64,000 bases of DNA from Candidatus Latescibacterota bacterium (GCA_965219995.1 CBDCOX010000002.1:5184001-5248000), one strand, 5' to 3'; shown: positions 48,778-59,399, counted from the stretch's first letter. Numbers and translations are program-made. The notes: generated by a model not told the origin, from the sequence alone.

Positions 48778-50106
48778 ATGACCGTCGCCGGGACCGCATA
48801 CGAGACCGCCTGCAAAGCCCTTTGCCGCCTGCTCGCCGAGGCCGGGCGCAAGGCGGTCCTGCGCTCCGAGCTGACGCCGCACGCGCCGGCCCACGCCTGC
48901 GACCGCGCCCTGCGCCACTACTGCGAGACCGGGCGGCTGACGCGCGTCGGCCGCGGCATCTACGGCATCGGCGCGGCCAAGGTCTTCGAGATCGTCCCCG
49001 AGGTGATGCCGAAGCTCGGCTACCGCATCCTGCCCGGCGAGCCCGTCCGCGGCTACAGCCAGAAGTCGGGGGGCGCCGTGTGGAGGCTGGACCGGCCCTG
49101 CCGGCGCGTGATCCGCAAGCGGGGTGTGCAGGCGATGTTCGAGACGCCCGATGGAAGACGGGTTGGAAACCGGCGGCGACGGGCCGCCCTGCAAGGAGGC
49201 AGCATGGACCTACCGAAGGAGCCCCCCGGCCGCGGGGAGATCGAGGCCCACTTCAACACCTTCGAGCGGTGCCACTCGCTCGCCCGGGCGGAGAAGGACC
49301 TGCTCGTACGCCGGACCCTGCTGGCCATGGAGCGTTTCCGGAGCGACCGGGCCAGGCTCGCCATCGAGGGCGGCACGGCGCTCGTGGCCTACCACCGCGC
49401 CACCACCCGCTTCTCGGAAGATCTCGACATCCGCCTGATCCCCGACGAGTCGGTGCGGCGCCTGGACACCGACGAACGGATCGCCGTCCTGAAGGAGATC
49501 GGCCAGGAGTTCAAGGCGCACGTCCACGCGCAGATGCCGTTTCTCGAGCCGACCCGCAAGGGACGGATCCGCAAGGACGCGGTCCTGCAGACGTTCATCT
49601 ACAACTATCGGAGCGCGGTTCCGGACGAGAACGTCGTGGCGGGCATCAAGTGCGAGCTGGTGCACATCCCGCTGATGATGCCGACGGTCGAGCGAATCGG
49701 AGTGACCGGAGAGCCGTTCGACGCGATTCGCGTGCCGGAAATCGCCAGCGGCAAGTGGCAGGCCCTTGCGACCCGGCTGCCGCGCAACGCCGACTCCTAT
49801 CCCGATCTCGTGCGCCACGTCCACGACCTTGCGGCGGTCGCCAGCGTCCTGGAAGGGCTCGACCCGGATACCGCCCACCGCACCATGCTGCGCGACGCGA
49901 CGACGCACGAGTCCGTGGCCGCCGTCCTGGAAGAGGTGGCCCGGCCCGTCTGGCGCGCACACTACGAAGGCTACATGGAACGGATGGGCGTCCTGCCGGT
50001 GAGCGACTGGCCGAACAGCCATCCCTCGTGGCACATCGTGCTCGCGAACTTCACGGCCCTGGCGCGGGAACTCGGCCTGTCGCCGCCGCCCGCCTCGGGC
50101 AAGTAA
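48778..50106 (+). CDS. Fused AbiEi-like wHTH and AbiEii nucleotidyltransferase (type IV TA in one reading frame)
   Basis: N-terminus DRALRHYCETGRLTRVGRGIY; C-terminus EKD, EGGTAL, RFSEDLD, GKWQAL, RHVHDL; no intervening stop; internal GGAGG-N4-ATG at 49204. Confidence 0.85.
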   Translation: MTVAGTAYETACKALCRLLAEAGRKAVLRSELTPHAPAHACDRALRHYCETGRLTRVGRGIYGIGAAKVFEIVPEVMPKLGYRILPGEPVRGYSQKSGGAVWRLDRPCRRVIRKRGVQAMFETPDGRRVGNRRRRAALQGGSMDLPKEPPGRGEIEAHFNTFERCHSLARAEKDLLVRRTLLAMERFRSDRARLAIEGGTALVAYHRATTRFSEDLDIRLIPDESVRRLDTDERIAVLKEIGQEFKAHVHAQMPFLEPTRKGRIRKDAVLQTFIYNYRSAVPDENVVAGIKCELVHIPLMMPTVERIGVTGEPFDAIRVPEIASGKWQALATRLPRNADSYPDLVRHVHDLAAVASVLEGLDPDTAHRTMLRDATTHESVAAVLEEVARPVWRAHYEGYMERMGVLPVSDWPNSHPSWHIVLANFTALARELGLSPPPASGK

Positions 50107-50224
50107 CCGCGTTCGGACGAACGATGCGAGGGCTACAGGGGCGGGGCTTGTGCCCGTCGGGGGGTGGCTGACTTGACTCCGCAGAACACCGGCGCTGGAC
50201 ATCCAGAAAGGGAGAATAGATCGG

Positions 50225-50698
50225 CTACAGCGCCTGGTTCCCGAGGTCGTCGGCGATCTCTTCCGGCGTGACGCGGGGTTCGTAGCGGGCCAGGACCTCG
50301 CCGTCCGGACCGACCAGGAACTTCGTGAAGTTCCACGTGACGTCCGGCTTGCCCTTGGGATTCGCCTTTCGCGACGTCAGGTAGCGATACAGTTCGCACG
50401 CCCGCTTGCCCCTGACCCTCACCCGCTCGAAGATCGGGAAGGTCGCGTCGTAGCGGGACCGGGCGAACTCGAGAATCTCCTCGTGAGTGCCCGGTTCCTG
50501 TCCGCCGAACTGGTTGCACGGGAAGCCGAGCACCGTCACGTTGCCGTCTTCATGCAGGGTACGCAGACCTGCGTACTGGTGCGTGTGGCCTCACTGGCTG
50601 GCGAGGTTGACGACCAGGCAGGCCGCTCCCTTGTACCGTTCGAAAGACACCGGCTCGCCGGTGATGGCGTTCATGGTGAGGTCGTGGAACTCGGACAT
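50225..50698 (-). CDS. Selenocysteine-containing glutathione peroxidase
   Basis: Manual translation MSEFHDLTM...VVNLASQ(TGA)GHTHQY...LGFPCNQFGGQEPG...WNFTKFLV; in-frame TGA (50591-50593, codon 36) at the peroxidatic position. Confidence 0.92.
50559..50576 (-). promoter_or_regulatory. Bacterial SECIS element
   Basis: GUACGCA-GGUC-UGCGUAC hairpin starting 14 nt after the UGA; apical GCAGGUCUGC is the same as the E. coli fdhF SECIS apex. Confidence 0.8.
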
Positions 50699-50791
50699 CG
50701 TGGCTCTCCTGTGTGGCGGGTCCGTCGCCGGCGCCGACAACCGTAGTGAAACAATCTATGATTTTCCGCTCCTCTCGGCTCGAGAACCAAC

Positions 50792-52243
50792 TTGAGATTT
50801 CGCGTGGTCCGTACCGGCGTCATCGCCGGCGCACTGCTGGTCGGTTGCGATGGCGGGCGTCAACCAGCCGAAGCGGAGCGGATCGACGCGCCGGAAACCG
50901 TTCGGCTGGCGGTCGGCGAACCCGTCCGCATCGGCTCGGGCACCTCTCCGCTGGACGGCGACTGCGGGAAGCTGAGCGACGGCTACACCTACCCGGACGA
51001 CACCGAGACGGACCCGCGCCTCGCGATATCGCGGACCGATCCCGCACGCGTCGCGGTGGCCTTCATGCGCGACCCGGTGCTCGCCATCTCGGCCGCGGCT
51101 TCGGAGGACGGCGGCGCGACCTGGCGGGAAGCGGAGCCCCCCGGCCTGTCGCCCTGCACCGGGACGTCCTACAACAGCTACGGCGACCAGGACCTCGCCG
51201 TCGGCGTCGACGACCGCCTCTATCTCGTATCGGTCCAGGGCGATTTCACGCCGGAAGGACAGCCGCTGGTGCTGGGCACGGAGTTCTGGATGAACAGCGC
51301 CGTGACGGTATCGACCTCCACGGACTTCGGCCGTACCTGGTCGGAGCCCGCGGTCGTATCGCCCCTTGGGGAATACCAGCACACGACCGTGGTCGCCACG
51401 GATCCCGGGCGGCCCGGCATCGCGCACGTCGCCTGGCACGTGCACCGGAACCCGAGCCAGCCCCAGGGCACGGCGTCCCACCTGGAGGACGGCCGGGTGT
51501 ACATGGCGACGACCGCGGACGGCGGCGCGTCCTGGAGCGAACCGGAGACCGTCATGCCGGCGAGGGGTGCGCTGGACCTCCTGTCCTTCGAAGACGGCGA
51601 ACTGCTGGCGGTGGCGCTGGTCGGCGAAGATCCAACCACGGCCGCCATGGCCGTGAGCCGCCGGTCGGACGCCGGCTGGAGCGAAGCGAAGGCCCTGCCC
51701 CTGCAATCGAACACGTCGGCGTTCCTGCATCCGGAAGGCGAGATGGTGCTCGCCATCGACATGCCGGTCTCCCTGGGCCCAGACGGCACGCTCCACCAGG
51801 TCGCGTCGACCTACGACCCGGCTACCAACCGAGGCAGCGTGGCCGTCGCGAGGTCCCATGACCGCGGCGCGTCCTGGAGCGCTCCGACGACGGTGGCCGA
51901 CATCGAGGGGCCGGCCTGGAACGCGGCCATCGGCGCCGCGCCGGACGGGGCTCTCGGCGTGTTCTGGTACGACGCCCGGGAAGACGTGCCGGGCGACGCC
52001 GCCATCTCTACCCGGGCGCGCTTTGCCGTATCGCTCGACGGCGAGTCCTGGATGGAGACCGCGCTGTCGGAGCCGTTCGATCTCGCCCTGGCGCCCCGGC
52101 CGCATGTCCTCCTCTATCTCGGCAACTACTTCGAGGTCAAACCGGCCGGGCCGGGGGCCTTCGGCGTCGCTTTCGCGGTTGCCCCGCCACTGTCCGCGGG
52201 CGCCGCCGACCTGCACTACGTCAACGTCGCCTATCGCCCGTAG
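50792..52243 (+). CDS. Sialidase-like BNR/Asp-box beta-propeller lipoprotein
   Basis: Lipobox LVGC; Asp-boxes SEDGGATW, STDFGRTW, TADGGASW, SHDRGASW, SLDGESW. Confidence 0.82.
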   Translation: MRFRVVRTGVIAGALLVGCDGGRQPAEAERIDAPETVRLAVGEPVRIGSGTSPLDGDCGKLSDGYTYPDDTETDPRLAISRTDPARVAVAFMRDPVLAISAAASEDGGATWREAEPPGLSPCTGTSYNSYGDQDLAVGVDDRLYLVSVQGDFTPEGQPLVLGTEFWMNSAVTVSTSTDFGRTWSEPAVVSPLGEYQHTTVVATDPGRPGIAHVAWHVHRNPSQPQGTASHLEDGRVYMATTADGGASWSEPETVMPARGALDLLSFEDGELLAVALVGEDPTTAAMAVSRRSDAGWSEAKALPLQSNTSAFLHPEGEMVLAIDMPVSLGPDGTLHQVASTYDPATNRGSVAVARSHDRGASWSAPTTVADIEGPAWNAAIGAAPDGALGVFWYDAREDVPGDAAISTRARFAVSLDGESWMETALSEPFDLALAPRPHVLLYLGNYFEVKPAGPGAFGVAFAVAPPLSAGAADLHYVNVAYRP

Positions 52244-52251
52244 CGCCCCGG

Positions 52252-53376
52252 ATGCTGATTTCCCCCGACAACCATCTCGGGCTCATGGCCCTGCTCTTCG
52301 CCATCGTCGGCGTCTGCTGCTGGTCCGAACGCTTCGCCTGGGGGAGCCGAGCTTCCGCGCCCGTGCTGGTCATCCTGCTGGCTCTCGTGCTCTCGAACCT
52401 GGGACTGATCCCGCGGGAGGCGCCGAGCTACGCCTTCGTCTCCGAGTACTTCGTGATGGCCGCCATCCCCCTGCTGCTGTTCAAGGCGGACCTGCGCCTG
52501 ATTTTCGCCGAGACCGGACGCCTGCTCTTCGCGTTCCTCCTCGCCGCTGGCGGCACGGTGCTCGGTGTCGTCACGGCCTTCTTCCTGGTGCCCGTGGGCG
52601 ACGTGGCACCCCAAGCCGCGGCGGCCATCACCGGAGGCTATACCGGGGGCGGCATGAACTTCGTCGCCGTCTCGAAGGTGGTGGGGCTCGAGGACCCGAC
52701 CCGCTTCGCCGTGGTGCTCGGGGCGGAGGCGAGCGTGGGACTGGCGTACCTGATGCTGCTCTCGGCGATGCCGGCCTTCGCCTGGTTCGCCCGTTGGGAT
52801 GCGTCCGCCGCCCCGGCGCGGCCGGCGGAAGAACCGGGACCGCAACAGGTCACCGACGGACCCGACCTGACCCACATGGGGCTGGGGCTCGGGCTGAGCC
52901 TGACCGTCTGCGCGGTGGGCACGTGGCTCGCGAACCTGGCCGGACAGCCGCGCTTCGCCATCCTCGCCATCACGCTCATCGCCATCGCCGCCGCCAACCT
53001 GGCCCGCCGCCGGATGCAGACGCTGAAGGGGGACTTCACGCTGGGGATGCTGCTGCTCTACGTCTTCTTCGGCGTGTTCGGCGCGGGCGTCGACCTGGTG
53101 TCCATGCTGCGCCAGGCGCCGCTGCTGATGCTCTTCGCCTTCGTGATCATCGCGGTGCATGCGACCGTCGCCTTTGGGCTCGGTCGCCTGTTCGGCTTCA
53201 GCGCGCGGGAGCTGGCCGTGGCCTCCAACGCCTGCGTGCTCGGGCCTCCGACGGCGGCGGCGCTCGCGGCGCGCTCCGGGTGGCACAAACTGGTCACGCC
53301 GGGCATCCTGTGCGGCATCTTCGGGTACCTGATCGGCAACTTCCTCGGCGCGGGGGTGTTCGAGCTGTTGCGGTAA
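52252..53376 (+). CDS. DUF819-family membrane protein
   Basis: SNLGLIP, AIPLLLFKADL, YTGGGMNFVAV, ASNACVLGPPTA, GYLIGN. Confidence 0.85.
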   Translation: MLISPDNHLGLMALLFAIVGVCCWSERFAWGSRASAPVLVILLALVLSNLGLIPREAPSYAFVSEYFVMAAIPLLLFKADLRLIFAETGRLLFAFLLAAGGTVLGVVTAFFLVPVGDVAPQAAAAITGGYTGGGMNFVAVSKVVGLEDPTRFAVVLGAEASVGLAYLMLLSAMPAFAWFARWDASAAPARPAEEPGPQQVTDGPDLTHMGLGLGLSLTVCAVGTWLANLAGQPRFAILAITLIAIAAANLARRRMQTLKGDFTLGMLLLYVFFGVFGAGVDLVSMLRQAPLLMLFAFVIIAVHATVAFGLGRLFGFSARELAVASNACVLGPPTAAALAARSGWHKLVTPGILCGIFGYLIGNFLGAGVFELLR

Positions 53377-53409
53377 AGCGTCGCTCGCCGTCACGCGGCT
53401 GGACTATGG

Positions 53410-53964
53410 CTACGCCCGACGGACGGAAAGGACCTGTCGCGCACGCGCCGCGTCGGCGGCTTCCATGGTTGACCGAGTGCGTACGAACTGATCCGGAAAG
53501 AGCTCGTCGAATTCCATCCCATAGCCGTCATCGATGATGACGAAGCGTTCGACTTCCGGGTGCGCGTCCAGATAGTCCTTCACTTCCCCCGCCCGGTAGT
53601 GCGGGGCGCTTCCGCTCTCGCCGGTCTTGTCGGTGACGTAGCGATGAAGGTCGTGAATGCGGAAGTACGCCTGGAGCGTTTCGACGGACTTTCCCCTGCG
53701 CCAATCCGAGCTGACCACGATCTCGGCGCCGAAGTCCTCGCACAACGCTCTCAGCCGTTCGACGGCATCCTTGTCCCAGTCATGGTAGATGGCTCCGAGG
53801 TCGTACTTGTCGAAATCGAGATACGCCGCATCGTCGAGGTCGTCGGCCAGACTCCGTCGCAACTCCTCCAGATCATCCTTGAAACGCTTCTGGCTTGACG
53901 AACTCTGAAGGACGCCGTCGATGTCCAGGAAGATCGCCGTCCGGCGAGGTGCTTCGTTTTGCAT
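53410..53964 (-). CDS. HAD-superfamily phosphatase (HAD_SAK_2, Swiss-Army-knife RNA-repair-like)
   Basis: IFLDIDGVL, IVVSSDWR, RAGEVKDYL, FVIIDD. Confidence 0.82.
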   Translation of the reverse strand: MQNEAPRRTAIFLDIDGVLQSSSSQKRFKDDLEELRRSLADDLDDAAYLDFDKYDLGAIYHDWDKDAVERLRALCEDFGAEIVVSSDWRRGKSVETLQAYFRIHDLHRYVTDKTGESGSAPHYRAGEVKDYLDAHPEVERFVIIDDGYGMEFDELFPDQFVRTRSTMEAADAARARQVLSVRRA

Positions 53965-54138
53965 TTTCTCCGAAGCCGCCGTCGTCTCGGCGGCATGCTT
54001 CCGGGGCGCTATCGTCTCCTCCCGATTGCATATTCGTCGATGCAGGACATCTTGTCGACGTAGTTTGTGGTCGCCGCCGCCGGCCTGCGTCCTTGCCTGC
54101 AACGTCCCCCGAACAGTTCCACGGGAGCCCGAACCGCC

Positions 54139-55797
54139 ATGCATCGCCGCGACCTGCTGACTTCCACCCTGGCCGGTGCGGCCGCCCTCGCGTTCGCGCC
54201 CCGCGCGTTCGCCGGGGGCTCGCGCGACTGGGCGGCCCTCGCCCGCCAGGACCGGAAACCCATCCAGCCCGATCTCGCCAACGTTTATGCCACGGGCAGC
54301 CGCGTCATGGCGTCGAGCGACCATCCGTACGCCACGGAGGCGGCGTTGTGGGCCCTCGAGCGCGGCGGTACGGCGGCCGATGCGTACATGACGGCGGCGA
54401 TCGCCCAATGCGTGCTGGAACCGACCATGACGACGCTCGGCGGGGGCTTCGGCATGGCGTTCTGGGACGCGGGAAGCGGAGAACTCAAGCAGGGGGGCGG
54501 CGCCTTCGCCTTCCCGAGCGGCGCCCCCGCCACGGAACCCTACGACGAGCAGAGGTCCTGGACGGGCTGGGGCGCCATGGTGCCCGGCTTCGTGCGGGGG
54601 CTCGGGGTCTGCCACGAGGCTTGGGGCAAGCTGCCCTGGAAGGACCTCTTCGAACCCGCCATCGTCTTCGCACGCGACGGCTTCGTCATCGACCACCTGC
54701 TGTGGGGCTACGCCAAGGCGACCCGCAAGATGATCGGCCGCTTCCCCGGACCCGGGCGCGAGGACTGGTTCCGGGACGGCTACATGCTCGGCGTCGGCGA
54801 CATCCTCAGGCAGCCCGCGCACGCGGCGACCCTCGAGGCGCTGCGCGACGAAGGGCCGGACTACTTCTACACCGGACCGTTCGCCCGGGAACTCGCGGAG
54901 GAGGTCCAGCGGCGCGGCGGCGGCATCACCGTCGACGACCTGAAGAACTTCGACCAGGCGTTGATTTCGCCGCCCTGGAAGCCCGGCGAAGCGGGCGGCA
55001 CGCCGTACCGGGGGATGGAGGTAGCGCCGGTCTCGGGCGCCCTGTTCCAGCTCGGTCTGCGCGTCTTCGAGGCCGCGGACCTCGGTGGCATGGGCCGCCC
55101 GACCGACTCCGTCGAGGCCCTGCACACCCAGGTGCGCCTGGCCCAGGAACTCTGGATCCGCGGCCGGGACATCACGCCGGACAACCAGGCCGAGTGGGTC
55201 TCCGAAGCGCACGCCGCCGAGGTGCTGGAGGCGATCCGCAATGCGCCGTCGCGTCCGTTCCGCGGTTTCTCGGCCGCGACCTGCGGGCTGACCATCGTCG
55301 ACGCCGCGGGCAACGTGGCCGCCGGCACCCATTCGAGCTCTTCCGAGCCGTTCGGCACCGGCATCAACGTCGGCGGCGTCATCCTCAACCGCGCCACCTT
55401 CATCCGCAAGTTCACGGACATGCCCAAGGGGTTCTCGACCCAGCTCTGGCTGTTCCGGGACGGCAAGCCCGCGCTGGCCATGGCCACCCCGAGCCGTTCG
55501 CTCATGGAATGCCTGCTCCAGGGCGCGGCGAACGTCGTCGAGTACGACATGTCCCTCACGGACGCCGTGTCCGCGCCCCGGTTCGGCCATCCGCATCCGG
55601 GCATGACCGCCATCGAGATCGAAGGGGATTTCCGCGAGGAGGTGCTGACCGCGCTGGCGGCCAGGGGGCACGATCTCTACCGCGTCTCTCCCAAGGACGT
55701 CAACATGGGGAGCATCCACGGCGTGCGCCTGGCCGAAGACGGCCTGATCGAGGGAGTCGCAGACCCCCGGAGACGGGGTCTCGCCAAGGGCGCCTGA
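54139..55797 (+). CDS. Gamma-glutamyltransferase family protein, Tat-exported
   Basis: HRRDLL Tat motif; GGTAADA, VPG, PWKDLFEPAI..ARDGF, FYTG, TCGLTIVDAAGN, APRF, GVADPRR. Confidence 0.88.
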   Translation: MHRRDLLTSTLAGAAALAFAPRAFAGGSRDWAALARQDRKPIQPDLANVYATGSRVMASSDHPYATEAALWALERGGTAADAYMTAAIAQCVLEPTMTTLGGGFGMAFWDAGSGELKQGGGAFAFPSGAPATEPYDEQRSWTGWGAMVPGFVRGLGVCHEAWGKLPWKDLFEPAIVFARDGFVIDHLLWGYAKATRKMIGRFPGPGREDWFRDGYMLGVGDILRQPAHAATLEALRDEGPDYFYTGPFARELAEEVQRRGGGITVDDLKNFDQALISPPWKPGEAGGTPYRGMEVAPVSGALFQLGLRVFEAADLGGMGRPTDSVEALHTQVRLAQELWIRGRDITPDNQAEWVSEAHAAEVLEAIRNAPSRPFRGFSAATCGLTIVDAAGNVAAGTHSSSSEPFGTGINVGGVILNRATFIRKFTDMPKGFSTQLWLFRDGKPALAMATPSRSLMECLLQGAANVVEYDMSLTDAVSAPRFGHPHPGMTAIEIEGDFREEVLTALAARGHDLYRVSPKDVNMGSIHGVRLAEDGLIEGVADPRRRGLAKGA

Positions 55798-55823
55798 ACC
55801 CGCGGGCACAGGCGGCGCCAGTC

Positions 55824-57668
55824 TCAATATGCGAACGCGCGGCCGTTCGTGTAGGCGTGAGACGCGGCCATCAGGTCGCCGGTGTCCGGGTCCCGGCTGA
55901 TCCCGGCCCAGAGACCCTGGGTGTAGCGGCGCTGTTCGGCGGGCAACCGTTCCACCGGCAGGCCGCTGGCCTCGAGGACCGCGTCGCCGAACTCCCCTTC
56001 CATGACCCGGACCACCCACTTGGGCACGGCCTGGTCGGACGACGGGTCGAGGACGGGTCTCGGCAGGAAGAACGCCGGGGCGTCCACCGCGTCCTTCACG
56101 TTCATGCCGAAGTGAATCGTGCCGAACAATGACTGGAACGTCTGCTGGTGCAGGCCCGTGGCCATGGAGGCGAACGCGACCGCCGGGTGCCCGTCCCGGG
56201 TGAGGATACCCACTTCGATCGGGTCCGCCACCCGGCCGCCGGGCCCGGCCGCCGCCACCGCGGCTTTCTGGTTGACCGCGGGGTCGCCGATGGACACCCC
56301 GTCGACGATGATGGCCGTGGCGCCCCACACGACGCAGTTGATGGAGTGGGTGACGGCGGTCATGTTGCCCCACCGGTCGACCGCGATCACGGTGTCCGAG
56401 TGGGACGGGGGCGCTTCCGCGTACTGGGCCGGCATCGCGCCGGCCTCCATGCGCGACCAGAGGGCGTCCGCGGTCTCCGGCCGAATGCGGCTCGCGTCGG
56501 TGAGGTCGAGCCCCGGATAGAGCTGTTCCCGGGTCTCCGGCGGCAGTATCGACAGCATCATGTTGAACGTCAGGTTCGATGCGCGCCGCAGGGACTCGCC
56601 GTTCGTCGACCAGTGCCCGAGGGACGCGATGCCCGCCGCGTCCCCGAGGTGCAGCGCCTCGATCATGTTCACGCCCCCGAAGGACGGCAGGCCGTTGGCG
56701 TGGATCCGGTACTCCCCCACGTCCGCCTCCAGCGGCGGGACCCACATCACCTCGTAGGCCGCGAGGTCCTCCAACGACATGGTGCCGCCGTCCGCCTGCA
56801 CCGCCGCCACGGCCCGTTCCGCCCAAGGGCCCGTGTACATGTAGTCGGCGCCCTGCTCGGCGATGGCCTCGAGGGTGCGCGCCACGCCCGGCTGGCGGAA
56901 CACCTGCCCTTCCTCGATCCACGCGCCGTCCGGATTCGTGAACACGGCCTTCGACTCCGGCAGGCGCGAAAGCGCGTGCTTGCGCGGCTCGAGGAAGCTG
57001 ACCAGGCGCGAGTTGAACGGGATCCCCGCCGCGGCAACGTGGATCGCCGGGGCGAAGAGGTGCCGGAAGTCCAGCTTGCCGTAGCGGCGGTGCGCCGCCT
57101 CCACGGCCCGCATGAAGCCGCCCACCAGCGCGGTGCGCCCGCTCGGTTCGTCGGAGCCGTACATTTCCTCTTCCGAACCCATGCCGATCGTGCCGGGAAT
57201 CGACATCGGATCGTCGTCGCCGAGCACCGCGTTCCAGCCCGCGTTGAGCGAGACGATCTCGTCGGCCGCGGCGTCGTAATGCACCATGGTCATGATGCCG
57301 AAGTAGCTGATCACCGCGCCGGCGCCGAGGGCCACCTGGGTGAGCGCGGTGGTCATGGCGGCATCGACCGACGAACCGCCCTGGCGCAGCGCCTCCAGCC
57401 CCGCGCGCTGGGCGAGGGGGTGGTAGCTGCCCGTCACCGCGCCCTGCCGGCCCTCCGCCACGGGATTGCCCGGGAAGGCGACGTCCTCCAGCGCCAGGTA
57501 GGCTTCCCATTCCCCCGCGGGCCAGCCGGCCGGAGACAGGTCGACCGCCGGCGCTTCGGACCCGGCCACGTCCGGCGCCCCGGGCGCGCTCGCTTCCTCC
57601 GCGCAACCGCCGGTCACCGCGGCAACGAGCACGGCCGGGACGAGACGCAGAAACGCGCCCCGCGTCAT
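55824..57668 (-). CDS. Gamma-glutamyltransferase family lipoprotein with Ser at the nucleophile position
   Basis: Lipobox-like TGGC; [46 protein letters not shown]. Confidence 0.85.
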   Translation of the reverse strand: MTRGAFLRLVPAVLVAAVTGGCAEEASAPGAPDVAGSEAPAVDLSPAGWPAGEWEAYLALEDVAFPGNPVAEGRQGAVTGSYHPLAQRAGLEALRQGGSSVDAAMTTALTQVALGAGAVISYFGIMTMVHYDAAADEIVSLNAGWNAVLGDDDPMSIPGTIGMGSEEEMYGSDEPSGRTALVGGFMRAVEAAHRRYGKLDFRHLFAPAIHVAAAGIPFNSRLVSFLEPRKHALSRLPESKAVFTNPDGAWIEEGQVFRQPGVARTLEAIAEQGADYMYTGPWAERAVAAVQADGGTMSLEDLAAYEVMWVPPLEADVGEYRIHANGLPSFGGVNMIEALHLGDAAGIASLGHWSTNGESLRRASNLTFNMMLSILPPETREQLYPGLDLTDASRIRPETADALWSRMEAGAMPAQYAEAPPSHSDTVIAVDRWGNMTAVTHSINCVVWGATAIIVDGVSIGDPAVNQKAAVAAAGPGGRVADPIEVGILTRDGHPAVAFASMATGLHQQTFQSLFGTIHFGMNVKDAVDAPAFFLPRPVLDPSSDQAVPKWVVRVMEGEFGDAVLEASGLPVERLPAEQRRYTQGLWAGISRDPDTGDLMAASHAYTNGRAFAY

Positions 57669-58810
57669 CCGCACACCTCGGCGAACACGCGCAGGAAGTT
57701 CTCGCCGAGGATGCCCCGCACCGCCTCGTCCGGGTATCCCCGCGCCACCAGGCCGCGGGTGAAGTTGACGAAGTCCCGCGCATCGTCGTAGCCGACCAGG
57801 TTCTGGCGGATCGTGATGCCGTGCTCGGGGCGGAACCCCAACTCCTCGGTGTTGCGGCCGATGGTGTCCTCCGCGATCCCGTGGCTGAGCATGAAGGGCC
57901 AGTCGGTGCCGATGCCGACGTGTTGCCAGCCGACCACGCCGACGATGTAGTCGATGTGATCGAGCATGACGTCCACGGTCGCCCCGGCTTCCGGCGGCGC
58001 CAGGAAGAAGGGCACCGCGTAGACGCCGATCAGCCCGCCGGTGTCGGCAATGGCCTTCAGTTCCTCGTCGGACTTGGCCCGGTCGTGCAGGTAGACGCCC
58101 TCGGCGCTCGTGTGGTTCGCCGTGACCGGCGCCCGGGAGAACGCGCAGGCATCGAGGGTCGTCTGCCGGCTGCAATGCGAGGTGTCGACGATGAGGCCGA
58201 TGTCGTTCATCTTCTGGACGACCTCGATGCCGTAGTTGCTGAGGCCCGCGTTGGTCCGGTCCGTGCAGCCTGAGCCGACGAAATCCTGGCGGTTGTAGGT
58301 GAGCATCACCGATCGGGTGCCGAGCGCCCTGGCCCGGTCGAACTGTTCGAGTTCCCGGGGCAGGCCCTCCAGGCCGGGCTGGGCGAACCCGTAGGTGACG
58401 TACTCGCCCGCCGCGTGGGCCGTGCGGAAGTCCGCGGCCGTGTCGGCGAAATCCATCCAGGGAATGGACCGCACCTGCTCGTTCAGCCGCTCGAGCGGTT
58501 CCAGCGAACGCTCGCTGACGCCGCCCATGGCGAAGCTCGCCGCGCTGTGGCCCTTGCAGAAGACCTGCAGCGCATCCGAACCTCCCTCCGCCGTCAGGGC
58601 ATAGGGCAGTTCCATGCCGTCGAGAAACCGCTGCCAGGGGTTCATGTCCGCCGGCAGGCGCTCCTCGACCACGTCGCCCGGCAACCGGTCGTAGAGGGCG
58701 GGCCCTCCCGGCCCCATGCTGCACATGTCGATGCTGATGCTCGTGCGGTGCAACTCGGCGGCGTGCCGCTCCCGCTCCGCGTTCAGACCCAGTTCGTAGT
58801 CTCCGGACAC
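57665..58810 (-). CDS. Membrane dipeptidase (peptidase M19) family protein
   Basis: [47 protein letters not shown]. Confidence 0.88.
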   Translation of the reverse strand: MSGDYELGLNAERERHAAELHRTSISIDMCSMGPGGPALYDRLPGDVVEERLPADMNPWQRFLDGMELPYALTAEGGSDALQVFCKGHSAASFAMGGVSERSLEPLERLNEQVRSIPWMDFADTAADFRTAHAAGEYVTYGFAQPGLEGLPRELEQFDRARALGTRSVMLTYNRQDFVGSGCTDRTNAGLSNYGIEVVQKMNDIGLIVDTSHCSRQTTLDACAFSRAPVTANHTSAEGVYLHDRAKSDEELKAIADTGGLIGVYAVPFFLAPPEAGATVDVMLDHIDYIVGVVGWQHVGIGTDWPFMLSHGIAEDTIGRNTEELGFRPEHGITIRQNLVGYDDARDFVNFTRGLVARGYPDEAVRGILGENFLRVFAEVCG

Positions 58811-58862
58811 GTCGGCTCTCCTCAGGCTGGAACGTTCGGCCGCGCGCGCTCTGCCCCGGCCA

Positions 58863-59399
58863 TCACAGGCGCGCCTCCCGCAGTTCCGCGAGGACGCTGG
58901 AAATGTACTTCTCGACCATGCTCACCGAGACGCCCATCCGGACGGCGATGTCCGCGTACGAGCACCCTTCGACACGATGGCACAGGAACGCGCTCGCGGC
59001 CTTGTCGCTGACCTGGGTCAGGGCGCGGTCGAGTTGCTCGAGCTGCTCGATCTGTTCCGTCCAGAGCGAGGGATCGTGCTCTTCCATGTCCTTGAGATCG
59101 CCGAATCCGTCGAGGGAGTCGGTCCGGTCGAGCCGCCGCGCCGCGCGGCGACGCCACCGGTCACGCAGCAGGTTCGCCGCCGCCGAGAACAGGAAGCCCT
59201 TGCAGTTCGTGGGCGGGGCCCGGTCCACCTGGCGAATCAGCCGAACGTACAGTTCCTGCAGCAGGTCCTCGGCCTCCGACTCGCTGACGGTACGCTGGAA
59301 GAACGTGCGCAACTGGCGATGGTAAGTGGCGTAGCTGTCGGAAACGTAGTCGTTGCGTGCCGACGGCGCTGCCGTGGCGGCGGTTGCGAGACCGTGCAC
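58863..59399 (-). CDS. ECF sigma-70 factor (FecI-like)
   Basis: [50 protein letters not shown]. Confidence 0.9.
   Translation of the reverse strand: MHGLATAATAAPSARNDYVSDSYATYHRQLRTFFQRTVSESEAEDLLQELYVRLIRQVDRAPPTNCKGFLFSAAANLLRDRWRRRAARRLDRTDSLDGFGDLKDMEEHDPSLWTEQIEQLEQLDRALTQVSDKAASAFLCHRVEGCSYADIAVRMGVSVSMVEKYISSVLAELREARL

Noticed and set aside
53410-57783. 1457-aa ORF on the minus strand
   Set aside because: Shadow frame in high-GC DNA overlapping two real GGT genes; only the last ~184 aa (HAD domain) look like a protein.
55824-58724. 966-aa apparent fusion upstream of GGT2
   Set aside because: The N-terminal part is an off-frame reading of the dipeptidase; the real start is the ATG at 57668 with a lipoprotein signal.
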